Source of the DNA: Deltaproteobacteria bacterium | GTDB taxonomy: Bacteria > Myxococcota_A > Polyangia > Fen-1088 | Assembly: GCA_033763315.1 (NCBI GenBank) | Contig: JANRKS010000040.1 | Location: 235,631-299,630, forward strand | Direction: 5' to 3' | DNA length: 64,000 bases | Shown: positions 10,273-20,933 of the stretch, one piece after another | How the letters are laid out: every line of letters begins with the position of its first letter | Numbering within the stretch: the stretch's first letter is position 1 | Program-made: the position numbers and the translations under genes | The notes under the pieces: generated by a model | Told to the model about the DNA's origin: nothing | Seen by the model: the letters and a program-made list of their open reading frames with translations, nothing else | Database searches by the model: none

Positions 10273-11429
10273 GCGCCGCTTTCCTTGATCGCCTCTTTTA
10301 AGGCTGCGATGCACACGTCTTGCTCGGCAAAAGACAACGACGCATAAAGCGGCATAGATATCGCCTCGGCATAGTAGCGTTCCGCTTCAGGAAACATGCC
10401 GTCACGGAAGCCCAACGCCATAAAGTCAGGCTGCGTATGCACGGGGATGTAGTGCACATTCACGCCGATGTCAGCCGCGCGCAATGACTCGAAGATCTCT
10501 CGCCGCTGTGCCGCCGGCACGCGCACCACGAACAGATGCCACGAAGGGTCGGCATCGGAATGAACACCCTGCACGTGCACAAGGGTGTGTGCCAGGGCGG
10601 CGCGATAGCGTTCCACCAACACGCGGCGGCGGGTCACGAATGTTTGCAGCCGGTGCATTTGGCTTGCGCCCAACGCCGCCTGGATGTCGGTCATGCGGTA
10701 GTTGAAGCCAAGCTCAACCTGCTGGTAATACCAAGGGCCATGCGACTCCCCCTGCATCAGCGCACGCTCGCGCGTGATGCCATGGGTTCGCAGCCGCAAT
10801 AGGCGTTCGAACAACGCTTGGCTCTTCGTGACCACCACGCCGCCTTCGCCCGTGGTCACGATCTTGACCGGATGAAAGCTGAAGATGGTGGCATCGGAGT
10901 GATTGCAGTTGCCTACGGGTGCGCCCTTGTAACTCGCGCCAATGGCATGCGAAGCGTCTTCCAGCAAGCGAAAGCCGTAACGGTCTGCCAATGCGGCAAA
11001 CTCGGCCATCGGGCAGGACTGCCCCGCGAAGTGCACGGGGATCACAAGCTTTGGCATCAGCCCGCCGCTGCGCTGCGTGCGTTCGAGCTTGTCCGCCAAG
11101 GCGGCCACGCTCATATTCAAGGTTGCTGGATCAATATCCACGAAGTCCACACGTGCGCCGCAGTAGCGCGCGCAGTTGGCGCTCGCCACAAACGTATTGG
11201 GCGACGTCCACACCATATCCCCTGGCCCCACGTCCATCGCCAAACAAGCCAAATGCAAGGCCGCGGTGGCAGAGCTCACGGCCACGGCGAAAGGCACCGC
11301 GGCGGCCTGCGCCACAGCCGTCTCAAAACGCGCGATCGCTGGACCCTGCGTAAGCCAATCCGAACGCAACACCGCCTCCACGGCTTCAATGTCGTCGTCA
11401 TCAATGGACTGGCGTCCGTACGGGATCAT
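10269..11429 (-). CDS. pseC: UDP-4-amino-4,6-dideoxy-N-acetyl-beta-L-altrosamine transaminase
   Basis: MIPYGRQSID, LTQGP, EDASHAIG, FSFHPVKIVTTGEGG (PLP Lys) and GFNYRMTD. Confidence 0.93.
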   Translation of the reverse strand: MIPYGRQSIDDDDIEAVEAVLRSDWLTQGPAIARFETAVAQAAAVPFAVAVSSATAALHLACLAMDVGPGDMVWTSPNTFVASANCARYCGARVDFVDIDPATLNMSVAALADKLERTQRSGGLMPKLVIPVHFAGQSCPMAEFAALADRYGFRLLEDASHAIGASYKGAPVGNCNHSDATIFSFHPVKIVTTGEGGVVVTKSQALFERLLRLRTHGITRERALMQGESHGPWYYQQVELGFNYRMTDIQAALGASQMHRLQTFVTRRRVLVERYRAALAHTLVHVQGVHSDADPSWHLFVVRVPAAQRREIFESLRAADIGVNVHYIPVHTQPDFMALGFRDGMFPEAERYYAEAISMPLYASLSFAEQDVCIAALKEAIKESGA

Positions 11430-12424
11430 AGGGCGGATCCGTTAAACTCTTTCAGCTCAGCGGTGGTCAAGAAGTGCGGGTTCGTATCGGAGGCATATTT
11501 GAAGCCTTCGTCCACGGGCTTGCCACTTTCACCTAGGGCATTGGTGGAAAACTCCGTGACGTTTGCCAGCTGCAGCGTGGGAGCGATGACGAAGTGATCT
11601 GCAAACTCATACGTGTGTGTGCTGTCGTCGCGGGAGATCATCGTCTCATGCAGCTTTTCACCGGGACGAATGCCGATCACACGGTGAGGCATCCCAGGAG
11701 CGATTGCCTCCACCAAATCCAAGATGCGCACGGAAGGAATTTTCGGCACGAAGATCTCGCCGCGCCGCATGCGTTGAAAATTCTTTAGAACGAAATCTAC
11801 GCCGACCTGCAGCTTCAGCCAAAAGCGGGTCATGCGTGGATCAGTCACCGGCAGGACTGTGGCGCCTTCGGCAACCAAGCGCTTGAAGAACGGCACCACC
11901 GACCCGCGCGAGCCCACGACGTTGCCATACCGAACCACGGCAAAACGCGTGCGGTGCGTGCCAACGATGTTGTTGGCCGCCACAAACAACTTATCGGAAA
12001 GCAGCTTGGTGGCCCCGTAAAGGTTGATAGGGCTTGAGGCTTTGTCGGTGGATAGGGCGATCACCTTCTCAACACCGTTTTCGATGGCCGCGGCGATCAC
12101 GTTTTCAGCACCCGAAACGTTGGTACGAATAAACTCGGTGGGATTGTATTCAGCCGCCGGCACTTGTTTGAGCGCGGCCGCGTGAACCACAAAATCGACG
12201 TCGCGCATGGCTTGGCGCAAGCGGGCGGCGTCGCGAACGTCACCCAAGAAGTAACGCATACAAGGTGCATTGAACTCCTGCGACATATCGAACTGTTTCA
12301 GCTCGTCGCGCGAGAACACCACCACGCGCCGGGGCTTGTAGCGTTGCAAAATGGTGCGAATGAATTTTTGACCAAAGGATCCCGTGCCACCCGTGATCAA
12401 GATCGACTTCTCGTTAAGCATCAC
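11426..12424 (-). CDS. pseB: UDP-GlcNAc 4,6-dehydratase (inverting)
   Basis: ITGGTGSFG, FSRDELKQ, HAAALKQVPAAEYNP, LSTDKA, YGATK and RYGNVVGSRGSV. Confidence 0.95.
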   Translation of the reverse strand: MMLNEKSILITGGTGSFGQKFIRTILQRYKPRRVVVFSRDELKQFDMSQEFNAPCMRYFLGDVRDAARLRQAMRDVDFVVHAAALKQVPAAEYNPTEFIRTNVSGAENVIAAAIENGVEKVIALSTDKASSPINLYGATKLLSDKLFVAANNIVGTHRTRFAVVRYGNVVGSRGSVVPFFKRLVAEGATVLPVTDPRMTRFWLKLQVGVDFVLKNFQRMRRGEIFVPKIPSVRILDLVEAIAPGMPHRVIGIRPGEKLHETMISRDDSTHTYEFADHFVIAPTLQLANVTEFSTNALGESGKPVDEGFKYASDTNPHFLTTAELKEFNGSAL

Positions 12425-12465
12425 ATCCCTACCTGTTGGTCAGTCTCGGCAACCCCGCCGCCCGT

Positions 12466-13593
12466 TCAAACCTGGAAATCGCCTTCCAAATAGAAAACTG
12501 AATTAAACGTCTTCGCAAACAGCCGGTACCCCTGCGCTCGCATGAAGCCGTGCACGGTTGAACCCAACACGGCTGCGACATCCGACTGCAAACACTCCAC
12601 CACCACACACTGCGGGCGAAAGCGTTCCCAATCGTTTGATTCAAGTACCTTCAGGTCCAAGCCTTCCACGTCCACCGACATGAAGTGGATGGGCGCCCCA
12701 GGTACCAAGCACTGATCCAGGAGATCGGCCAGCGGCACCACATCCAGCTCGCGTGTTTGCACAACGTGGTACGCCCCACTCTCGCGGCTACGGGTCAGCT
12801 CTTCATCGAACGAATTCAATGCGGGATCATTGAACATGTAATACGTGAGCTTGCCGTAGACGTTCGAAACACCGCAGGCAACGTTCACGTCCCCGGGCCG
12901 CACGGCAGCGAACGCCGCCATAAGTTCGGGGTTTGGCTCAATGTTTACGCCCCGCCAGCCTTGCAGATAGAACCGGTGCGTGTTCGAGAAGCGCAAGGGG
13001 TGATGCGCGCCCACGTCCACGTAAAGCCCCAACTTCTGCCGGTCGAATAGGCGCGCCAGAACAAGGTCCTCGCCCTCCTGGCTGTAAGACACGTTCATAA
13101 ACTCTGTGTGGGGATGGCTCGTCACCGCGTGAGTTGGAACAGCTAAACGGGGACCACTGTAGATCAGAGGCTTATCGAGTAGGCCCAGACGTGACACGGC
13201 TTGCTCCGGTTGAGCCGCCAAAGCCGCCATCAGGCCCACCACCTGCACATCGAACGGATGACGACGCAAGAACGTTTGCACCACGTCTGACGCCCGTTCG
13301 GGTGCCCCCGCGTTCATGAAACACAACGCCAACAACGCCACGCTTACAGCGTTGTCAGGCTCCAGCTCTAGGGCCCGCGCCAGCGCAGCGGCCGCGGTAT
13401 CAAAGTCAGGCGACCGAAGGATGGGTAGTTTACCGCCGGCCGCACGACACAACGACCACGCCAGACCGTGGTAGGCATGCACGTCGCGCTCGTTTTCTTT
13501 GCACGCCTGCAAGAACCGTTCGGCGGCTTTGGCATAGTCGTGCCGGGCCAGTAAGGCGCGCGCCTCAACCAGCGTGGGGGTTCGTGCAAGCAT
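12466..13593 (-). CDS. TPR + FkbM-family methyltransferase
   Basis: N-terminal TPR-like helices; YSQEGED, YVDVGAHHP...SNT, GWRGVNIEP and SVDVEGLDL. Confidence 0.85.
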   Translation of the reverse strand: MLARTPTLVEARALLARHDYAKAAERFLQACKENERDVHAYHGLAWSLCRAAGGKLPILRSPDFDTAAAALARALELEPDNAVSVALLALCFMNAGAPERASDVVQTFLRRHPFDVQVVGLMAALAAQPEQAVSRLGLLDKPLIYSGPRLAVPTHAVTSHPHTEFMNVSYSQEGEDLVLARLFDRQKLGLYVDVGAHHPLRFSNTHRFYLQGWRGVNIEPNPELMAAFAAVRPGDVNVACGVSNVYGKLTYYMFNDPALNSFDEELTRSRESGAYHVVQTRELDVVPLADLLDQCLVPGAPIHFMSVDVEGLDLKVLESNDWERFRPQCVVVECLQSDVAAVLGSTVHGFMRAQGYRLFAKTFNSVFYLEGDFQV

Positions 13594-13710
13594 GTCGCCT
13601 GTTTACAGTGCGGGATCGGCCGTTACGCTGTCAAAAAATACGCCATGGCACCGCAAGCCACATCACGCAATCCACGCCCAAAAGCGTCCATGGTATGACT
13701 TTGCCCCACC

Positions 13711-14625
13711 GTGAAGTCGAAACCAAAGACCATCACCGCCCCGGGCGCCGACTATTCCATTCGTGTTCTGGGCGCGCACAACTCCGCACTCCGCGATTTT
13801 TACCATGCCTTGCTGTTGTGGCGTTGGCCCACAACTGTGGTGGCGATCGCCGCCATGTTCATGCTGGCAAACACGGTGTTCGCGTTTGCTTACATGCTGA
13901 CCGACGGCGTGGCCAACGTTCACCCCGGTTCCTTTTTGGACTGCTTCTTCTTCAGCGTGCAGACGATGGGCACGATTGGTTACGGCTATATGTATCCGGC
14001 CACAACGACCGCCGAAGTGGTGGTGGTGGCGGAAACCATCACCAGCGTGACGCTCACAGCCTTGGCCACGGGCCTCGTGTTCGCAAAGTTCTCGCGCGCC
14101 AGCGCTCGTGTGTTGTTCAGCGATACGGTCACCATCAGCCCGATGAATGGCGTGCCCACGCTGCGTTTGCGCCTGGGCAACCAGCGTAACAACCAGATCA
14201 TTGACGCCCGGGTGAAGGTGCAGCTGCTGCGCACGGAGAAGCTTAAGGAAGGTGGAGTGTTCTACCGCATGGTGGACGTGAACCTCGTCCGTGAAAACAT
14301 CCTCTCGCTGTCACGATCGTGGACCGCTTTGCACGTGATCGATGAATCAAGCCCGTTGTGGCAGGCTACCCCAGAGTCATTGGCCTCCGATGAAGCCGAG
14401 CTGCACGTGTTGTTGATGGGACTCGACGACACAACGTTGCAGCCCGTCCACGCTCTGCATCGGTATTTTTCGCAGCAGATCTTGTGGGGTCGGCAACACG
14501 TGGACATCCTCACGGAACGCGACAGCGGCGTGCTGGAGCTCGATCTGCGCCGCTTCCACGAACACGCGCCCACCGAGCCCACGCCCTCGTTTCCTTATCC
14601 AAAAACCGTATCAACAAAGCCTTAA
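13711..14625 (+). CDS. Inward-rectifier potassium channel (KirBac)
   Basis: FFFSVQTMGTIGYG selectivity filter, GLVFAKFSR and a cytoplasmic Kir domain. Confidence 0.92.
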   Translation: MKSKPKTITAPGADYSIRVLGAHNSALRDFYHALLLWRWPTTVVAIAAMFMLANTVFAFAYMLTDGVANVHPGSFLDCFFFSVQTMGTIGYGYMYPATTTAEVVVVAETITSVTLTALATGLVFAKFSRASARVLFSDTVTISPMNGVPTLRLRLGNQRNNQIIDARVKVQLLRTEKLKEGGVFYRMVDVNLVRENILSLSRSWTALHVIDESSPLWQATPESLASDEAELHVLLMGLDDTTLQPVHALHRYFSQQILWGRQHVDILTERDSGVLELDLRRFHEHAPTEPTPSFPYPKTVSTKP

Positions 14626-14755
14626 CGTTTGTCCGCGTGGCCACGTTCCCTCGGCCACCCAAGTGTGTATTTTCACGACCTGTGCGCTTTGTAACTGTGA
14701 AACCGCCATTGGCTGCGCTAGCTTGGACACTCTTATAAAAAAGGAAGAGTGACGT

Positions 14756-17700
14756 ATGCGTGGCTTTCGGTGTGTGGTGGTTTTTGCGGTGTTGGTGGGG
14801 ACGGCCGCATGTACGGTCAAGGCAACGCCCACGGGCACACCAGGTCCTGTGGACGGTGGCCAGGTCGTAGAGGCCGGTGTTCCTGGTCGACCCGATCCGG
14901 TCGCGTGCGATCCGTCCGCCGTCCTCAAGGACGTGGCCGAATCATGCACGTGCAACGCAGAGTGCGGCACCGGCCGTTGTGTGGATGGCGTGTGCTGCGC
15001 CAGCGCTTGCGACGGCCTGTGTGAGGCCTGCAATGTGCCCGGAAAAGTGGGGGCCTGCGCTCCCATCCCCGCCGGCCTGCCGCCCGTGGTGGCCGGTCAA
15101 TGCAAAGTCGACGACGTCAGCACGTGCGGCTTTGATGGCACCTGCAATGGGAACCGCGGTTGCAGAAAATATCCCGAAGGCACCGCCTGTAAAAAAGGGA
15201 TATGTGATGGAGCCACTGTAAAAGGCGAAAAGGTGTGCCGGCTTGGCCAATGCACTGTGGGCCCCGACACCGTGTGCAGCCCCTTCGGTTGTGATCCTGC
15301 AAAATCGGCCTGCTTTGAGACGTGCACCGACGATGGGCAGTGCTCGGCTTCGCAAAAGTGTGCAAGCGGCAGTTGTGGCCTACGAAACATCGGCGCCAAG
15401 TGCGGTGGCAACACGGAGTGCGAATCAGGATTTTGCGCCGATGGCGTTTGCTGCAACACCGCGTGTGATGACGCGTGCGTTACCTGCAACCAATTGTTGA
15501 CCAAGGGCGAGTGCCGGCCGGTGATGGCCGAGCAACCCGATCCGCACAATGTCTGCAAAGACGAAGGCGCTGCCACATGCGGACAAAGCGGAAGCTGCGA
15601 TGGTCAGGGTGGTTGCGCCAAATATAGCGCCTCCACACCTTGCCGCGCGGCACGCTGCGAAGGTGCAAACGCGATTCCCGCCAGCACCTGTGATGGCAAA
15701 GGTTCCTGCCTGGCCGCCAGCCAAGTGGCTTGCGCCCCTTTCGCGTGTTCGGGCAACGCTTGCAAAACCACGTGCAACGACGACACCGACTGTTCGGGCG
15801 CCGTCTGCATCAACAACAGCTGCGGGCTGCGTGGCAAGGGACAGAACTGCACGGCCGCTTCCCAGTGCGCTTCAGGTTTTTGTTCCGACGGCGTTTGCTG
15901 TGACAGTGCATGCACAGGGCAATGCAAGTATTGCGCTTCAGCGCAAGCGCGCGGCAGCTGCGTCAACGTGGCAGCCGACACCGCTGATCCGCGCGCCGCT
16001 GGCGCCAACCCATCAGCCGAGGCCTGCGTGGCTTCCGACCCGCGCACCTGTGGTCGAAATGGCATGTGCAACGGCAATGGCGCCTGCCAGTTGTGGAACA
16101 AGAACACGATGTGCGAAGACCAGAGCTGCTCGGCCGCACAAAACACCTATTACGCGGCCAAAATGTGTGACGGCGCAGGGTCGTGCAAACCTCAAGACAA
16201 CGGCTCGCGCACCTGTTTTCCGAATAAGTGCAACGGCTCAGCGTGTGGCATTGCGTGTGGTTCATCAAACGATTGCGTGGCGCCTAACGAATGCGTCAAT
16301 GGGCGGTGTGGCCCCAAAGCGATCGGCGCCGTGTGTAGCGCCGACAACCAATGTGACAGCGGCTTTTGCCGCCAAGGCGTTTGCTGCCAAACCGACTGCA
16401 AAAGCAGTTGCTATTCATGTGCGCTGGCCAGCACCCGCGGCGTATGTTCGGCCGTACCCGCGGGCGAGCAGGATCCTGCGAAGGTGTGCACGGCCGATGG
16501 CGTGGCCAGCTGTGATCGCGATGGCATGTGCAACGGCTCGGGAGGGTGTCGCCTCTACGCCGCAGGGCAAGTGTGCGCGGGGGCCACGTGCGTGAACGGC
16601 ACCGCGACCGGCGTTTCTAAGTGCGACGGCAAAGGCGAATGCCAAAAAGGCGCCGTGCGTGCGTGCGATGCCTATAAGTGCAATTCCGATGGCACCGCTT
16701 GCTTTGAATCCTGCACAGACAACAGCCAATGCGTCAGCCCGCGGGTGTGCGTGGGCACTTCGTGTGGCGCCAAACCAAACGGCGCCGAATGTCCGAATGG
16801 CGCGTCTGAATGCCAATCCGGGATATGCGTGCAGGGGGTGTGTTGCAACGAAGCTTGTGATGGTGTCTGCAAAACCTGCAAAGGCACAAAAGCGGGCACT
16901 TGCAGCAACGTGGCTCAAGGCGCAGCCGATCCCGCAGGCAGGTGTGCCCCTGCGGCGGGCGCGGCCGTGTGTGGCAACGATGGCACATGCAACGGCAACG
17001 GAGCCTGTGCGAAGGCGCCCAACACAGTTGTGTGCCGCAACCAAACCTGCCCCGCCGATTCAAACACCTTCACCCGATCGGCCAGATGTGACGGCGCCGG
17101 GAATTGCCCTGCACCCGCCACCGTGGATTGCGGCTCGATCAAATGCGACGCCACATCAAACGCATGCCTCACGGGCTGCCAAAACGACGGCCAATGCGTC
17201 TCTGGAAACATCTGTGACGCGGCCACGATGTCGTGCGGAGGGCTCAAACCCAACGGCGCGGATTGCACGGCAAACCGCCAATGCGCGTCTGCGAAATGTG
17301 TAGAGGGCGTGTGTTGCGGCGGCTTGGCCGCGGACCAAAACGCTTGCCCCGCCTGTCAAAGTTGCAAGATCGAAGGGCAAAAAGGCACCTGCCGAAGCGC
17401 GCCTGCGGGCGCGGCAAACGCGGGCGCGTGCCCCGCAGGCACGGGATTTTGTGGCGCGCAAACGTGCAACGGGGCGGGCGCCTGCGTGCAGGCTAACCCG
17501 GCCGGCACGAGCTGCGGCGCACAAACGTGCGTTGACGGCAACAAGGTACAAAGCCAAACGTGTAACGCCAGCGGCATGTGCGTGAACGGTCAGCTCACCA
17601 CGTGCGAACAGGGCTACCGCTGCGCCGACGGCAAGTGCAAGACCTCTTGCACCGTTGCCACTGCCAGCACCGATTGCACCGCGGGCAACATCTGTATCGC

Positions 17701-18253
17701 CAACCGCTGCGCACCACCCGTGGTCGACGGAGGTCGCTGCGCAGTCAACACCGATTGTGTAAACGGCGCCTGCATCAACCAGATTTGTTGCAACCGCGCT
17801 TGCAATGGTCGTTGCGAAAGCTGCAGCGCCGCGGGCCAATGCACGGTGGATGCTGCCTGTCTTGCCAAGTGCACCTCCAACGCCGACTGCGCCAGCAACC
17901 AGATGTGCGATCCCAGCACGATGATGTGCGTCGCAAAAGTGACCAAGTTTCCACGCGGAGCCGATTGTCAGAACGCTGGGCAATGCGAAACCGGCTTCTG
18001 TTCACAAGGCGTGTGTTGCGACTCAAATTGTACCGGTATGTGCAAAACATGTGCGGCCGTCGGCGTCGATCGGGGGATCTGTAAGAACGTGCCGAAGACG
18101 CCAGAGCTCCGCTGTGGCACCGAATGCTCCGCGAATAAAAAGACCGTGATACCGCTGCTTTGCGACGGCAACGGCGGATGCACGGCCAAAGGCAAGGGCA
18201 CGGATTGTGACAAGAACGACCGATGCGATGGCACAATGTGCGTTCCTAAGTAG
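14756..18253 (+). CDS. Large Cys-rich repeat lipoprotein (1165 aa)
   Basis: Lipobox VGTAAC; eight C-x-(D/Q/E/N)-(G/Q)-(V/I)-CC modules, six of them spaced ~150-160 aa apart. Confidence 0.85.
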   Translation: MRGFRCVVVFAVLVGTAACTVKATPTGTPGPVDGGQVVEAGVPGRPDPVACDPSAVLKDVAESCTCNAECGTGRCVDGVCCASACDGLCEACNVPGKVGACAPIPAGLPPVVAGQCKVDDVSTCGFDGTCNGNRGCRKYPEGTACKKGICDGATVKGEKVCRLGQCTVGPDTVCSPFGCDPAKSACFETCTDDGQCSASQKCASGSCGLRNIGAKCGGNTECESGFCADGVCCNTACDDACVTCNQLLTKGECRPVMAEQPDPHNVCKDEGAATCGQSGSCDGQGGCAKYSASTPCRAARCEGANAIPASTCDGKGSCLAASQVACAPFACSGNACKTTCNDDTDCSGAVCINNSCGLRGKGQNCTAASQCASGFCSDGVCCDSACTGQCKYCASAQARGSCVNVAADTADPRAAGANPSAEACVASDPRTCGRNGMCNGNGACQLWNKNTMCEDQSCSAAQNTYYAAKMCDGAGSCKPQDNGSRTCFPNKCNGSACGIACGSSNDCVAPNECVNGRCGPKAIGAVCSADNQCDSGFCRQGVCCQTDCKSSCYSCALASTRGVCSAVPAGEQDPAKVCTADGVASCDRDGMCNGSGGCRLYAAGQVCAGATCVNGTATGVSKCDGKGECQKGAVRACDAYKCNSDGTACFESCTDNSQCVSPRVCVGTSCGAKPNGAECPNGASECQSGICVQGVCCNEACDGVCKTCKGTKAGTCSNVAQGAADPAGRCAPAAGAAVCGNDGTCNGNGACAKAPNTVVCRNQTCPADSNTFTRSARCDGAGNCPAPATVDCGSIKCDATSNACLTGCQNDGQCVSGNICDAATMSCGGLKPNGADCTANRQCASAKCVEGVCCGGLAADQNACPACQSCKIEGQKGTCRSAPAGAANAGACPAGTGFCGAQTCNGAGACVQANPAGTSCGAQTCVDGNKVQSQTCNASGMCVNGQLTTCEQGYRCADGKCKTSCTVATASTDCTAGNICIANRCAPPVVDGGRCAVNTDCVNGACINQICCNRACNGRCESCSAAGQCTVDAACLAKCTSNADCASNQMCDPSTMMCVAKVTKFPRGADCQNAGQCETGFCSQGVCCDSNCTGMCKTCAAVGVDRGICKNVPKTPELRCGTECSANKKTVIPLLCDGNGGCTAKGKGTDCDKNDRCDGTMCVPK

Positions 18254-18325
18254 CCCCGCCGTGTGGTGACAGTTCGATCCCCGCGCTGGCGAGTGCGGCG
18301 ACTAAATGACGGGCAGGAGCAAAAG

Positions 18326-18365
18326 CGAAAAAGGCCTCGACGGCAAACACCGCGAGGCCCTTTCG
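18326..18365. terminator. Intrinsic terminator between the convergent Cys-rich gene and eno
   Basis: Hairpin GGCCTCG...CGAGGCC flanked by A- and T-tracts. On the minus strand it is followed by TTTTTCGCTTTT. Confidence 0.7.
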
Positions 18366-18380
18366 TTTCGTAAACGATCG

Positions 18381-19751
<1,371 letters not shown>

Positions 19752-19795
19752 TTACACGCTGACGAGGTGTCGAAGGCGTGGGATAATTGGACTTA

Positions 19796-20869
19796 ATGCG
19801 CGTTGCACCTCGAGATCTTGAGTCGATCCCCACGCCGCGTCAGATCTTTGAGTACCTAGACCGGTACGTGGTTGGCCAAGATAAGGCCAAAAGAACGGTG
19901 GCCATCGCCGCCTACAACCACTTGAAGCGGTGCCGGCAAAAGCACGCGGGCCCCGGTAAGCGGCTGCTGAAGAAATCAAACATCTTGCTCGTGGGCCCCA
20001 CGGGCTCTGGCAAAACACACATCGCGCGCACCCTGGCCGAAATGTTGAATGTGCCTTTGAGCATTGCCGACGCCACCGAATTCACTGAAGCGGGTTATTA
20101 CGGCAAAGACGTTGAGGTGATGGTGGGTGAACTGCTGGCCAAGGCAAACCACGATGTGGAGCGCGCCCAACGTGGCATCGTGTTCATTGACGAGATCGAC
20201 AAGATCGCTCGGCGCAGCCCTGGGGCACGCACGGGCGCTGGCTCGCGCGACATCGGCGGTGAAGGCGTGCAGCAGTCGCTGTTAAAGCTGTTGGAGGGCC
20301 GCGAGATCTATGTTCCGGGCAACGTCACACAACACTGGAACAAACACGATTTTGTGTTGATGGACACGCAAGACATTTTGTTTATCGCCGCCGGCACGTT
20401 TGCGGATCTCAAGCCATACAACGAAACGTCACACCCGTTAGGCTTCGGCCACCACGGTGCCACGCCCGATATGCAGGCCAGCGATCGCGTGACCGAAAGA
20501 GACTTGCTGGATTACGGATTGATTGGTGAACTTCTCGGCCGCTTGCCGGTGCGCGTGCGGCTGCATCCTTTGAATGAACAACAGATGCTGGGCGTGCTCA
20601 CAGGCCCGCCTGATTGCGTGGTGAAAGAGTTTTCGCACCTGATGGCACTCGATGGCGTGGATCTCACATTCACGGATGAAGCACTGATGGCCGTGGTTCG
20701 CCACGCGATGGCCCGCCATACGGGCGCACGCAGCTTGCGCACCCTCGTGGAAGAGATCTGCCACGATCTCATGTTCGAGGCTCCCGAGCGCCACGGCGAG
20801 CAGATCGTCATCGACAAAGCTTACGCCAGCGCGCGCCTTGATCGGTTGGGCGACGATCTATCGAGCTAA
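19796..20869 (+). CDS. ClpX-like AAA+ ATPase lacking the N-terminal zinc-binding domain
   Basis: [34 protein letters not shown] loop and TGARSLR. Confidence 0.85.
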   Translation: MRVAPRDLESIPTPRQIFEYLDRYVVGQDKAKRTVAIAAYNHLKRCRQKHAGPGKRLLKKSNILLVGPTGSGKTHIARTLAEMLNVPLSIADATEFTEAGYYGKDVEVMVGELLAKANHDVERAQRGIVFIDEIDKIARRSPGARTGAGSRDIGGEGVQQSLLKLLEGREIYVPGNVTQHWNKHDFVLMDTQDILFIAAGTFADLKPYNETSHPLGFGHHGATPDMQASDRVTERDLLDYGLIGELLGRLPVRVRLHPLNEQQMLGVLTGPPDCVVKEFSHLMALDGVDLTFTDEALMAVVRHAMARHTGARSLRTLVEEICHDLMFEAPERHGEQIVIDKAYASARLDRLGDDLSS

Positions 20870-20933
20870 GCCACCCATCCGTGCGCGTTGGCGCGGCTGG
20901 ACAATAGAGCGCAACCCCGGTAAACGGAACGCC

